Assembly: GCA_965223845.1 (NCBI GenBank)
Contig: CBDCXR010000004.1
Span: 6,752,001-6,816,000, forward strand
Length of the DNA stretch: 64,000 nt
Direction of reading: 5' to 3'
Source: Planctomycetota bacterium
GTDB lineage: Bacteria > Planctomycetota > UBA8108 > SXIK01
Of this stretch, positions 52,676-63,098 are shown piece by piece. The translations under genes were made by a program, and so were the position numbers. The notes under the pieces were generated by a model. The model searched no databases, was not told the origin of the DNA, and saw nothing but the letters and a program-made list of their open reading frames with translations. Numbering within the stretch: position 1 is the stretch's first letter; the number at the start of each line of letters is the position of its first letter.

Positions 52676-52719
52676 GCCGCCCAAATTCGCTAGCCCTCAG
52701 AGAGGGCCGGCCCTCAGAG

Positions 52720-52762
52720 AGCACTGGTCGCTCGAGAAATCCTCGGGCGGCCAGTGCTTTTT
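52720..52762 (+). terminator. Intrinsic terminator of the UGA-containing gene
   Basis: AGCACTGGTCGCTCGAG/CTCGGGCGGCCAGTGCT stem followed by a T-run. Confidence 0.75.
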
Positions 52763-53063
52763 CGTGGGTCATTCTGCGGGAGGAACGACGCTCTCGGCGG
52801 TAGTACCGTCCGTGTCCGCAGCCCGCCGCCGGGCCGTTTCGAGCTGGAAATCCAGGGGTTTCCGCGGCCGATGGGCGAGAATACTCGGGAAAAACAGGGA
52901 AAATCGCGTTCTCGGGCTTGACGTGCTCGATGGAAACGCGGTATGTACCATTCCGCTCAAGCTTACATACAGTCACCGAAGGGTTTTGGCGACGGGCCCG
53001 ATGGAGGGGTCTGCGGGCCCGGTAGGTGAAGGGAAAGCGTCCTTCTCGAAAGGAAGAGGAGAC

Positions 53064-53399
53064 ATGGCGAAGAAGAAAGCCACGAAGGCGGCTGGGACGA
53101 AGCCGATGACGAAGAGCGAGATCCAGACGCAGATCGCGGAGAAGACCGGCCTCACCAAGAAGGAGGTCGCTTCGGTCTTCGAGGCGCTGACCGACGTCGT
53201 CGGGAAGAACCTCGGCCGCCGCGGTCCGAAGGTCTTCACGATTCCGGGACTCGTGAAGTTCAAGGTGCAGCACAAGAAGGCGACGAAGGCTCGAAAGGGC
53301 ATCAACCCGTTCACGGGCGAGCCGACCGTCTTCAAGGCGAAGCCGGCGCGGAACGTCGTGAAGGCGCAGCCGCTCAAGGCGCTCAAGGACATGGTCTGA
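53064..53399 (+). CDS. HU-family DNA-binding protein
   Basis: GAGGAG RBS; MTKSEI..IAEKTGLTKKEV, FTIPGLVKF, ARKGINPFTGE. Confidence 0.93.
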   Translation: MAKKKATKAAGTKPMTKSEIQTQIAEKTGLTKKEVASVFEALTDVVGKNLGRRGPKVFTIPGLVKFKVQHKKATKARKGINPFTGEPTVFKAKPARNVVKAQPLKALKDMV

Positions 53400-53445
53400 G
53401 ACGGTTCGTCCGCCCCCGCGGCGGATGACGAGATCTCGGTCTTGG

Positions 53446-53495
53446 AACCACCGCTCAGCGACTCGGAATACGGAGTCGGAGCGGTGGTTTTTTTT
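53446..53495 (+). terminator. Intrinsic terminator after the HU gene
   Basis: AACCACCGCTC/GAGCGGTGGTT stem followed by a T-run. Confidence 0.8.
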
Positions 53496-53766
53496 GCGTC
53501 GTCGATTTCGCGCAGACCATCGCGCGCGGATCGTCCGAAAACGCGCTTTCCCGCCGCGGCGCGCTCCGCACGGAGACGACGGGCAGCACTATCGGCCATA
53601 GTTCGCCGGTCGCGTTCGCGTGGCGTAGTCTTCTCTGGCCCCCGAGCTCCGCTCCGAACCGTTTGCGTGCGGTCGATCGAGCCGGGGGGGGACAGCCGAC
53701 CTTCTGGTCTCGCGAGGCGGGATCGGGGGAGGACATCCAGTCGCGCGGAGAAATGCGCCGAATCCG

Positions 53767-55287
53767 ATGTTGCGCTTGAACGGGCTCCACGGTTGCCGAG
53801 CGGGTGAACAGCTTCAGTTCTCCGGTGACGCGACCATCCGCCTCGGTCGAAGTGAGGACTGCGAAGTCGTGCTCGACGACTCGGGCTGCTCGCGTCATCA
53901 CGCCGAGATCGAGTCGCGTCCGAACGGGTACGTCATTCGGGATCTGAGGAGCACGAACGGCCTCTACGTCAACGGCCGCAAAGTGACCCAGTCGGCACTC
54001 GTGAGCGGCGATACGTTCACGATCGGTCGCAATCAGTTCTCATTCATCGTGGGTACGGCGGAGGAGTCCGACGAGACGCACGTCTTCGGCGATACGTTGG
54101 AGGTCGAGGAGCTCGACACCCTGTTCATCGACGACACCCACTTTGCCGGACTCATGGGCGGAGTCGACGCCGACGAGCTCGCTTCACTAAAGCGCGCGCA
54201 CCGTCAGATGAAGTTCGTGGTGGAAGTGAGTCGCGCGCTGAATAGCACGCTCGACAAGGACAGCCTCTTCCCGCTGCTCATCGACGCGGTGTTCGAAGAG
54301 TTCAAAGTGGCCGGCCGGGCCTCGATTTTTCTCACGACGGACGACGATCTCCAGTCGTTCTCCGAGGTCTACTGGCGCACGCGTTCGGGCGAGGAGCCCC
54401 GGACGGTTAGTCTGCCGCTTCTCCGCGATGTCGTCGCGCGCCGGGTCGCCGCGATCCTGAGCCCCGACGAGGAGGCTCCGGCCGCGGTTCCGGCGTGGCT
54501 GAAGGGCAAGGCAATGTGCGCACCGCTCGTTATCGGAGAGCGGGTGCTCGGGGTGATCTACCTCGAGAGCACCTCGGTCTCGGCCGAATTCGAGAAGCAC
54601 GACCTCGAGCTCTTCAGCGTGCTTGCGCATCAGAGCGCCGCGTCGATCGGGAACTCGCTGCTCTACGAAGAGCTCGAAGTATCGTTCTTCGAGACGGTGC
54701 GCAGCCTGAGCAACGCCCTCGAGGCGAAAGACCAGTACACTCGCGGACATAGCGACCGCGTGGCGCGATACGCCGTCGGGATCGGTCGGCGCCTCGGGCT
54801 CTCCGACGTGCAGCTCCGGACGCTCCGCGTCGCCGCGGAGCTTCACGACATCGGGAAAATCGCGATTCGTGAGGCGATCATCGGGAAGAGCGGAAAGCTC
54901 TCGGACGAGGAGTTCGAGATGATCAAGCGTCACCCGCAGCTCGGCGTGAACATTCTCCGCCCGATCAGTTTTCTCAAGCCGGCGCTCCCGATCATCCTCC
55001 ATCACCACGAGCGCTACGGCGGAAACGGCTATCCGAGCCAGCTCAGAGGAGCGGAGATCCCACTCGAAGCGCGGATCCTCAATCTCGCCGATGCGTTCGA
55101 CGCGATGACGACTCAGCGTTCGTACAACTCGCCGCGCAGCGTGATCGATGCGATCTGCCACTGTCGCGACGAGGCGGGGGTGAGCTTCGATCCGGACTGC
55201 GTCCAGGCGCTCATCGAGTTCATCCAGTCGGAGTTCGACTCGTTGGAACCCGACGGCACGCATCGGTTCGAGCTGGAGCGGGTGTAA
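53767..55287 (+). CDS. FHA-GAF-HD-GYP cyclic-dinucleotide phosphodiesterase
   Basis: FHA LGRS...SRHHA...DLRSTNG; GAF domain; EAKDQYTRGHSDRV, LHDIGK, HHERYGGNGYP, ADAFDAM. Confidence 0.92.
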   Translation: MLRLNGLHGCRAGEQLQFSGDATIRLGRSEDCEVVLDDSGCSRHHAEIESRPNGYVIRDLRSTNGLYVNGRKVTQSALVSGDTFTIGRNQFSFIVGTAEESDETHVFGDTLEVEELDTLFIDDTHFAGLMGGVDADELASLKRAHRQMKFVVEVSRALNSTLDKDSLFPLLIDAVFEEFKVAGRASIFLTTDDDLQSFSEVYWRTRSGEEPRTVSLPLLRDVVARRVAAILSPDEEAPAAVPAWLKGKAMCAPLVIGERVLGVIYLESTSVSAEFEKHDLELFSVLAHQSAASIGNSLLYEELEVSFFETVRSLSNALEAKDQYTRGHSDRVARYAVGIGRRLGLSDVQLRTLRVAAELHDIGKIAIREAIIGKSGKLSDEEFEMIKRHPQLGVNILRPISFLKPALPIILHHHERYGGNGYPSQLRGAEIPLEARILNLADAFDAMTTQRSYNSPRSVIDAICHCRDEAGVSFDPDCVQALIEFIQSEFDSLEPDGTHRFELERV

Positions 55288-55332
55288 GCCGCGGCGAGCT
55301 CGCGCTCCATGCGGTCGGACTCCTCCGCCGCT

Positions 55333-56019
55333 TCAAGTTCGGTCCGTGCTCTCCTTCACCGCCGAGAAGAAATAGCGGTGGCGGTGGAAGGGATGAAACT
55401 CCGCCTCTCTCACCGGGAGGCCCGAGAGGATCCGGCGGCAGTCGTCTTCCGAGTGGTAGAAATTGACGTGGTCGGCGTCGCCGCCCGAGCACGCGGTGCC
55501 TTTCGGTACGCTGATGATCAACCTCCCTCCGGGACGGAGTACGCGGAGCGCTTCGCGCGCGACGGCGGTGTCGTCGTCGAGATGTTCGAGCACCTGCCCT
55601 ATGTACGCCGAGTCGAACGCCGCATCGCGAAACGGGAGGTGGTACCCGTCTCCCGCGACGAACACCGAGGGGATGCCGAGGCGACGGCACTCGCGGAGCG
55701 CGTAGCGAACGCCCGGGAACGCGAAGTCGATGCCGACGTTGAACCCGCGCTTCGTGTAGCCGCGGAGCGCGGCGCAGGAGCCGAGTCCGCACCCGACGTC
55801 GAGAAACCGTCCCTCGGCGAGCCCGGCGACCGGGTGATGGTAGGACTTTCGGATCTTCGTCTGCATGGCCCAACGCGGGAACACGAAAGAGAGCGACCGA
55901 TAGCGAGGCTTGCGAAACCAGCCGCTCCGGAGCCGCTCGCGAAACTTGCGCTCCCAGTTGTCGCGCGTGTTCGGGTTCGCCTGCTCGTCCACCATCCCGT
56001 CGTCGCTTCGCGTGATCAT
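55333..56019 (-). CDS. Class I SAM-dependent methyltransferase
   Basis: FLDVGCGLG, GDGYHLPF.DAAFD, VLEHL, RVLRPGGRL. Confidence 0.88.
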   Translation of the reverse strand: MITRSDDGMVDEQANPNTRDNWERKFRERLRSGWFRKPRYRSLSFVFPRWAMQTKIRKSYHHPVAGLAEGRFLDVGCGLGSCAALRGYTKRGFNVGIDFAFPGVRYALRECRRLGIPSVFVAGDGYHLPFRDAAFDSAYIGQVLEHLDDDTAVAREALRVLRPGGRLIISVPKGTACSGGDADHVNFYHSEDDCRRILSGLPVREAEFHPFHRHRYFFSAVKESTDRT

Positions 56020-56030
56020 CCGGGTCGCCG

Positions 56031-56435
56031 CTAGTCCGCGTCGGTGACGATCGGGAGATCGCGCCGCGCCCAACCGGGGTAGACGAGCTGGCCCGAAGAG
56101 TCGACCTCGCCGTCGTAGCCGCCCCGCATGTCGACGACGTTCGTGTAGCCCGCGTCGAGAAGAATCCGGACGGCGCGCATCGAACGTCCCCCGCGGAGAC
56201 ACCCGACGATGAGCTTCGCGTCTTTCGCGTACTTCGCTTCGACCTCGCTCAGAAACTCTGCGTTCGGCACCATTCCCGGCCCGGCGGGATTGCGGTGCAT
56301 GAGCGGAACGCAAGCCGCGCCGGGAGCGTGGCCCGCCGCAAACTCCTCGCGCGAACGTACGTCGAGATACTCGTGACCGTCGCCCGAGTCGAGGCGTCGC
56401 TTCGCCTCTTCCGGTTCGATGCGTTGAATGTCCAT
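56031..56435 (-). CDS. Single-domain rhodanese
   Basis: LDVRSREEFAAGHAPGA, active loop CLRGGRS, GGY..W. Confidence 0.9.
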   Translation of the reverse strand: MDIQRIEPEEAKRRLDSGDGHEYLDVRSREEFAAGHAPGAACVPLMHRNPAGPGMVPNAEFLSEVEAKYAKDAKLIVGCLRGGRSMRAVRILLDAGYTNVVDMRGGYDGEVDSSGQLVYPGWARRDLPIVTDAD

Positions 56436-56599
56436 GGATTCGCTTTCGATTGTACTCGGCTCGCTCGAGCTCGGCGCCGTGAGCCGAATCGCACGGCGCT
56501 CCGTCAGCCTCGAGCTCGGGCGAGGCGCACATTATGCGGGGACTCCAGTCGGGCGACAACCGCGCGCGTTCTCTCGGCGGGAGAACTCGAACGTTCGAA

Positions 56600-57736
56600 C
56601 TAGCGCTGGTAGATCGGCAGGCACTTGAACTCGACCGCGAGCGCGAGGATCGCCATCGCGGTCGTGTACGCCGGCCCCGCTTCGCGTTCGTGGACGCCGG
56701 GCGGAAGCTCCCAGCTCCCGTCGTCCTTTTGTCGCTCGAGCAGCCGCGCGAAGCTCGCCGGCCGCCACTTCTCCCAGTAGGCGTCCCCGAGCTGGTACAT
56801 CGCCTGCGTCGCGTAGTACATGCTGTAGTAGTAAAACGGCGCGTCGCCCTCGATCGGGTGGGCGAGCAGCCAATCTCCGCCGCGCCGCGCTTCCGGACTC
56901 CCGAACTCGCCGCAGAGCTCCAGGGTGAGGACGCCGGTTCCTGTCATCGCGGCGTTCGGGGCTCGACTCTGAAGCGGATCGTAGAGAAAACCGCCGTCCG
57001 GCTGGGCGCAGCGCTTCACGTAGAGGATCGCGCGGTCGATGCTCGTCTGCGGCACCGGAACGCCCGCGTTTTGCGCCGCGCGGAGAGCGAGGATCTGCCA
57101 GCCGCTGACCGAGAGGTCCGACTGATCGGACGACGGCGTGTACCGCCAACCCCCGGCCGAAGTGCTGTCCTTCGGTGCGCGCTGCGCGCGAAGGAGGACG
57201 TCGACCGCGGCGCGATGCGTTCGGCGAAGGTTCTCGAATCCGGGTTTTCCCGTCGGGATCATTCCGAGCACTTCACCGAGAACGAGGGTCGCGATTCCGT
57301 GCTCATAGAGTGGGCCGTGCGAGGTGTCGCGTCGCCGAACGAGGAGACCGCGATCCCGGCTCGAGAGCAGAAACTGCACCGCCCGATCGACCGCTTCGCC
57401 GAACGGCCCGCGACCCGGTTCGGAACGGCCCGCGAGAAACGCGAGCACGGCGAGACCCGCGACGCCGGTGTTCTTTCCTTCTTCGCCGTACCCCGAGATC
57501 CAGCTTCCATCGGGTCGCTGCGCGCTGCGGAGATACCGGAGCCCGCGGTCGACGGCACGCGTGATCGGGTTCGGCTCGTAGAGCTTGCGCGGATCGGTTT
57601 CGGCGGGCGTCTTTCCTGCCTCGGGCTCCGCGCCGTCGCGCTCTTGAGCGAGCTCCTGGCGCGGCGGAGCCGTCGCAAGAACGGCGAGAAGGAGAAGGAG
57701 CGTGCGTTTCGGAGGGAGTCGAACCAATCCGCGCAT
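56600..57736 (-). CDS. Prenyltransferase/squalene-oxidase-repeat protein
   Basis: QRPDGSW, GGWRY, QPDGGF, QKDDGSW, C-terminal LPIYQR. Confidence 0.88.
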   Translation of the reverse strand: MRGLVRLPPKRTLLLLLAVLATAPPRQELAQERDGAEPEAGKTPAETDPRKLYEPNPITRAVDRGLRYLRSAQRPDGSWISGYGEEGKNTGVAGLAVLAFLAGRSEPGRGPFGEAVDRAVQFLLSSRDRGLLVRRRDTSHGPLYEHGIATLVLGEVLGMIPTGKPGFENLRRTHRAAVDVLLRAQRAPKDSTSAGGWRYTPSSDQSDLSVSGWQILALRAAQNAGVPVPQTSIDRAILYVKRCAQPDGGFLYDPLQSRAPNAAMTGTGVLTLELCGEFGSPEARRGGDWLLAHPIEGDAPFYYYSMYYATQAMYQLGDAYWEKWRPASFARLLERQKDDGSWELPPGVHEREAGPAYTTAMAILALAVEFKCLPIYQR

Positions 57737-57738
57737 CT

Positions 57739-60700
57739 TTACCAGCCTCGCTCTTCGAGGGCCCGGAGGTACGCGCGCACCAGCGGGCGAAACCGGGGGG
57801 AGTACGGCAGCTCGAGGACGCCCCGTGGAGTCGAAAACCGAAGCTCGTGGGCGATGTGGTCGCCGCGCGGAACGACCTCCCAGCCGTGCGCGACGTCAGT
57901 TCGAACTTCGCTGTCCGCGGCACTCGAGAGCGCGTCGAAATGTCCGCCGCCCTCCAGCGCTCGCGTCGCTTCGGCGAGGGAGCGCATCGCGCGCCGATGC
58001 GACTCGCGGGCGCCGCGGAAGTCTCCGCTTTCGAGCCGCTCGAGCGCGTCGCGGGTTTCGCGCACCGCCGCTTCCATTCCCTGGAGGCGCTGACTCGCCC
58101 CGCCGATTCCGCTCTCGGCTTGGGTCATCGCTTCGAGGGCGCGTTGGCGGACGGCGCTCACTCGATCGGAGAATCGAGTCGCGGCGAGTCCCGCTGCTCG
58201 CGCGGGCTGGTTCGCTGTCGATTCCGAGGGGGTGTCGGTCGCAGCCGGCTCGCCCCCTCGTCCGGGCGCTTCCGAGCCGGCGGGGGTCGACGCCGGCGTG
58301 GCGCGGAGGATCGCATTGAGCTCCTCACCCGCACGGAGCGCGCTCCAGTACGCGGTGAGGATCTGCGGGAGGCTCGCCGAGATGCGGAATCCGGCCTCGG
58401 TGAACTCGCGGACGATGCGCGTCCCGTCGGCTCGATCCTCCGCGTCGGGCGCGGGATCCGCGGCGCGGAGCTGCGCCGCGAGCGATCGACCTTCGCGTTC
58501 GATGACGAGGAGGCGAGCGACGAGGTCGACCAGCTCCTCTATGGTAATCGCGCTCTCCTCGAGTGCGTCGAGGAGCGACTGCTCGTTCTCTGCGACCGTT
58601 CGGGCATCGTCTTCTGAGACGTCGTCGCCACCGAGCAGGGCCTCGAGTGCCCCGTCGATTTCGTCCTGAGTTCGCGCGAGTGCCGCGAGACGGGCGAGTT
58701 CCGCTTCGATCTCGCGGTGGAGTCGGTGTCGACTCTTCTCGGCCTCCGAAGCTTCATCCGACGGATCTTCCGCGGCGAGCTCGGCGCTCGCGCGCTCGCT
58801 CTCGTCGGTCGCTCGTTCGCGGAGAGCCGCGACGAGCTGCGCCGCCGCGAGGAGTTCCCCGCGCCCGCGATCGAGCGCCGCGACGGTGGTGAGGCGGTCG
58901 CCGCTCTCCGCCGCGCGAACCGCCGCCCGAAACGCGTCGCCCGCGCGGCCCAGCCGCTCGAGGGCGGGGAGGACGCGCTCGTCACCGCGTGCTCGCTGTG
59001 CGATTTCGCTCGACGCGTGCTCCGTCTTCTGGACGAGGTCGCGCGCCGTGGCGAGGAGCTCTTCGATCGGTCGATCGTCGTCGATGTCTCCGAGCCGCGC
59101 GGCGAGATCGCTCACTGCCGCTTCCGCGTGGATCGCGATCGCTTGGGTCTCGTCTGCGGCGAGCGCGGTCGCGATCGCCTCGATCCGCCGGGCCGCGCGC
59201 GACTCGAGATCGGCGGCCGCGCGGATGAGCGGCGCGAACTCGCCCGGCGGTGCCTCTTCTGCGGCCGCGAGTCGTTCGGACGCCCGGAGCATGTCACCTC
59301 GCGCGAGCGCGAGAAGCTCGCCGGCGCGGCGATCGAGCCGCCGGGCGAAGTCGACCTCGCGGGTTCGGGTGAAGCGCGCTTCGCGCCGCAGAAGGCGCGC
59401 GAGATCGATCACGTCGAGTCGGATACGCTCGTGCGCGATGGTGAGCTCGGTCGACGGCGACGCTTCGGGCGATGGAGCTCCGGACCCCGCCGCGCGTTCG
59501 AGAAGAGCCGCGAGCGACGCCGCGTGTGCCGCTTCCCTGCGCGCCAGCTCGCGTACGCGCGAGGAGATGGCGGCCGCGGCCCGCTCGAGCCATCCGCGGC
59601 TTCCGGCGCGAGCGGCGACGCCCTCGCGGTAGCGGCCGAGGGACTCGACCACCCGATCGAGTTGGTCGACAGCGGTGCGCGCGTCGGCGACGACCGGGCT
59701 CCGATCCGTCGACTCCTCGCCGCGGGCGGCGTCGACCCCATCGGCGAGACGAAAGATCCCGTCGCGGACGCGAGCGCAAGCCTCTTCGGCCGCTGCGCCG
59801 TCGCGTGCGGCGCTTCCGAGGAGCGCTCGCTCCTCGTCGCGTGTTGCGACGCGCTCGAGCGCATCGATGCGCCGGCGGGCGAGAGAGAGCGAAGCCGCGA
59901 CGTGCTCGGCCGTGCGCCGAAGGTTCTGGAGCGCGCGGCGGTTCCACGCCGGTGCGCGCGCTAGGCGAGTGGCGACTCGTTCCGATCCGGTAGCGGCATC
60001 CGCGGCGAGCTGGGCGGCGAGCGAAGCCTCGTGCGCGGGGCGAAGCTCCCGGTACACGCGGGCGATGCGCCGGCCGCGCTCTGCGCGGGACTCCTCGTCT
60101 CGTTCGGGAAACGCGTGTCCGGCGTCCGTGTCGAGCCCGGCGGGCGGAGCAGCTCCGCTCGCGAGACCTCCGGCCGGACTCGACGCGCTCGCGATCTCGT
60201 CCTTCTCCCCGGTCGCTCCCGGCGCGCTCGCGATCTCGCTTCGCCATTCTTCGACGACCCGAGCAAGGAGCTGAAGCTCGCGCTGAGTTTCGAGATCCGC
60301 GTTCGGCTCGCCCGCGGAGAGTGCACTCTCCTGCTCGATCTCGAACGCGGCGCGCGCGACCGCGCGAGCGGCGGTCGCGGCGGGATCGGATTCCGCCGCC
60401 GCCGCGGCGTCGGTGAGAGCGTCGAGGAGCGGGTTGAGCTCGAGGGTTCGATCCTCCGCGCGCCGGCGGACCTCGGCTTGGCGCCGCTGAGCGGAATCGA
60501 GGTCTCGCCGCGCCCAGTCGAGTGCGGTGACGGCGGCGGCTCCGAGCGCCGCGATGTCTTCGCTCTCGTCTCCGGCCGCGAGCCGATCGCGTATCGCGGC
60601 GAGCGCGGGGATCACCGTCTCTTGGTAGGCGCGACTGAGCTTCTGCTCGGATTCCGCCGCGGGAAGATTCCGCGCTGCGCCGGCGATCGCTCCAGCGAGG

Positions 60701-62853
60701 CGCGTTCCGCGAACGAGGAGGCGCCGTGCGCGGGTAGCGAGGCGGTCGCCGTTGTCTCTTCTTCCCGCGAGCGTTGCGGCAAACGATCGAGCGTCGCGGG
60801 AGAGTGCGAGCACGGCTTCGCTGAGTCGACTCCACTCCTCCGAGCGAGCCGTGCCGTTGACGGTGATTCGCACTGCATCGAGCGCGCCGCCGAAGCGGTC
60901 CGCCTCGTCCGCGGGCGAAACCTCGTCGCCGGCCCCCGGCTCGGCGAGCGTGCGAAGATCGCTCCAGAACGCGGAGCCTGCGCCGCGCGCGATCGTACGG
61001 AGCTCGCGCGCGGCGCGCACGAGGACGATCCGCGTCGTCCCGACGTTCGGAAGGGAACGCGCCGAAGCGTCGAGCTCGCCGGCGATTCCCTCGAGCTCGA
61101 CGAGAATCGCGCGCAGACGGCTGGCGTCGTCGCGCGCACTTTCGGTCGTCGTCGATCCCGCGCGCCGCGCGATCGCTTCGCCGTCATTCGCGGCGAGCTC
61201 GAGAGCAGCAGCGGCGCGCGCGAGTCGCGCGAGCCAGGCTCGGCTCCTCGACCGCTCCGGCGTGTCGACGACTTCGAGCCGGCGCGGCGTCGAGGCACCC
61301 GAATTGCCGCGGAGATCGATCGCGACGAGCTCGACGGTCACCCCGTCGCCTGGCTGGAGCTCGAGCGCCGCAAGGTCGAGACGAGCGCGTCCGGTGATGG
61401 CTCGCGCCGGTTCCGTGTCCGCACTCGGCGGCACGGCCGACTCCCTTCGAACTCGGTGTTCGATCGATTCGTCTTCGAGTGCGATGCGGAGCCGGATCTC
61501 CGCGATGCCGACGTCGTCCCGCGCCGAGTACTCGAACGTGAGAACGGACTCGGGCTCGACGGGAATCGATCCCGGTCGCGGCGAGCGCAGCGTGATTTCC
61601 GGCGGGCGATCGGAGTCGACCTCGATCGCGACGACGTGGCGCCCGCCGTTGCCGACGCCGCTCTCGTCGACGAGAGTGAGCTGAACGCGAGAGAGATCGG
61701 CCGCGACTGTGAATTCCTCCGTGCGAATGACGCGTCCCTCGATCCGAAGCGGAACTTCGAGATGCGGTGGCGACCCGGTCGACTCCGGCGTGCCCGAAGG
61801 TTCGCGTATGAGGGACAAGCTCGCTGCGCCGAGCGCTGCGTCGGACTCGATCGCGAGCGCGACTCCACTGCCGGCGAGCACGCGAAATGACCCGTCCGCA
61901 CTCTCGATCGTGCGCTCCCTCGCGCCCGTGTAGGCCGGTTCGCGGACCCGGATTTCAAAGCGCTTCGCGCGCGGAGGAGCGCGCGTTTCGATGCGGTACC
62001 AGGGACTCGCGGCGTCTCCGGCGAAGATGCGGTAGGACAGCGAGCGCGTGAGCGCGCGGAACGTCTTCGTCGCCGTGCGTCGCTCACCGCCCGCGACCGA
62101 GCTCCGGAATTCGAGGAGTTCGTTCCCGCTCGAGTCCGCGTCGGATCGCCACGCGATGGTCGCGGATTCGGGCGTACCCGCAACCGCGTCGACGATCACT
62201 GCGACCTCACTCCCTTCGGCGACCGTCGCGTGCCCCGGCTGGACGGCGATGACGACCGTCGAGGGACGGGGGAGCTCTGTCGCCGGGTGGATGAACCGAT
62301 CGAAGAGGAGCTCGAACGAACGGGGCGACGCGGCCGCGAATGCCGCGACGGAGAAGAGCGTGACCGCTCCGGCGAGAACCGCGGCGACGGCGCGCCCGCG
62401 AGGAAGCGCGCGCATCGGATCGCTCACGGCGAGAATCGAGTGCGTTTCGGCTTCGAGAGCGGAGAACAGCTCGGCCGAGACGCGGCGGCGTGCGTTGGGG
62501 CACTCGCCGATTTCGACCAGAGTGCGCAGGCGGCCATCGAGCGAGGGTGCTGCGCTCTCGGCTCGTTCGGCGACGGCTAGAGTCGCCCGGGCTCGCAGCG
62601 CGCGCGCGAGGAGTGCGATCGCGACGACGCCCGTCACTGCGACCGCGCTCGTCGTCAGCAGGACGCGCTCGGTGACCCCGAGAACGAACCAGCGATCCAG
62701 TCCGAATGCGATCGCGGTCGAAACACCGGCGGCGAACGTCGTCCAGCCGATCGCGACCGCGGCGTCGATCGCGAAGCCGCGCCGCCGGAGCGAGGCTAGC
62801 GAGCGGAGGACTTGATCGGCAAGCAGCGGGGGTTCAGAAATCGACGAGCGCAT
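57739..62853 (-). CDS. Large DUF4175-like membrane protein (TM + Ig-like + long helical region)
   Basis: N-terminal TMs; EPAYTG, DRPPEI, ARDDVGI; C-terminal YSPRFRPLVRAYLRAL. Confidence 0.75.
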   Translation of the reverse strand: MRSSISEPPLLADQVLRSLASLRRRGFAIDAAVAIGWTTFAAGVSTAIAFGLDRWFVLGVTERVLLTTSAVAVTGVVAIALLARALRARATLAVAERAESAAPSLDGRLRTLVEIGECPNARRRVSAELFSALEAETHSILAVSDPMRALPRGRAVAAVLAGAVTLFSVAAFAAASPRSFELLFDRFIHPATELPRPSTVVIAVQPGHATVAEGSEVAVIVDAVAGTPESATIAWRSDADSSGNELLEFRSSVAGGERRTATKTFRALTRSLSYRIFAGDAASPWYRIETRAPPRAKRFEIRVREPAYTGARERTIESADGSFRVLAGSGVALAIESDAALGAASLSLIREPSGTPESTGSPPHLEVPLRIEGRVIRTEEFTVAADLSRVQLTLVDESGVGNGGRHVVAIEVDSDRPPEITLRSPRPGSIPVEPESVLTFEYSARDDVGIAEIRLRIALEDESIEHRVRRESAVPPSADTEPARAITGRARLDLAALELQPGDGVTVELVAIDLRGNSGASTPRRLEVVDTPERSRSRAWLARLARAAAALELAANDGEAIARRAGSTTTESARDDASRLRAILVELEGIAGELDASARSLPNVGTTRIVLVRAARELRTIARGAGSAFWSDLRTLAEPGAGDEVSPADEADRFGGALDAVRITVNGTARSEEWSRLSEAVLALSRDARSFAATLAGRRDNGDRLATRARRLLVRGTRLAGAIAGAARNLPAAESEQKLSRAYQETVIPALAAIRDRLAAGDESEDIAALGAAAVTALDWARRDLDSAQRRQAEVRRRAEDRTLELNPLLDALTDAAAAAESDPAATAARAVARAAFEIEQESALSAGEPNADLETQRELQLLARVVEEWRSEIASAPGATGEKDEIASASSPAGGLASGAAPPAGLDTDAGHAFPERDEESRAERGRRIARVYRELRPAHEASLAAQLAADAATGSERVATRLARAPAWNRRALQNLRRTAEHVAASLSLARRRIDALERVATRDEERALLGSAARDGAAAEEACARVRDGIFRLADGVDAARGEESTDRSPVVADARTAVDQLDRVVESLGRYREGVAARAGSRGWLERAAAAISSRVRELARREAAHAASLAALLERAAGSGAPSPEASPSTELTIAHERIRLDVIDLARLLRREARFTRTREVDFARRLDRRAGELLALARGDMLRASERLAAAEEAPPGEFAPLIRAAADLESRAARRIEAIATALAADETQAIAIHAEAAVSDLAARLGDIDDDRPIEELLATARDLVQKTEHASSEIAQRARGDERVLPALERLGRAGDAFRAAVRAAESGDRLTTVAALDRGRGELLAAAQLVAALRERATDESERASAELAAEDPSDEASEAEKSRHRLHREIEAELARLAALARTQDEIDGALEALLGGDDVSEDDARTVAENEQSLLDALEESAITIEELVDLVARLLVIEREGRSLAAQLRAADPAPDAEDRADGTRIVREFTEAGFRISASLPQILTAYWSALRAGEELNAILRATPASTPAGSEAPGRGGEPAATDTPSESTANQPARAAGLAATRFSDRVSAVRQRALEAMTQAESGIGGASQRLQGMEAAVRETRDALERLESGDFRGARESHRRAMRSLAEATRALEGGGHFDALSSAADSEVRTDVAHGWEVVPRGDHIAHELRFSTPRGVLELPYSPRFRPLVRAYLRALEERGW

Positions 62854-63098
62854 GATGGACCCGATTGTCGACGCGCGAGGCCGCCGAGCCCCGAGAAAAT
62901 CCTCTCGACGGCGTCAGCCGAGTAGGATCCCCGGATCGGGAACGCGCGTCGCGCACCGTTTCGGCCTCATGGATTTCACCTTCGCGCCCGACTTTCGATC
63001 CGAGCTTCCGGCGGAGCTCCGAACCCGGTGCACCGGGCCGCCAGATCTCCATCTCTCTTCTCCCTTCGTGCCCTTCCAGACCCTTCCTGGTGCAATCT

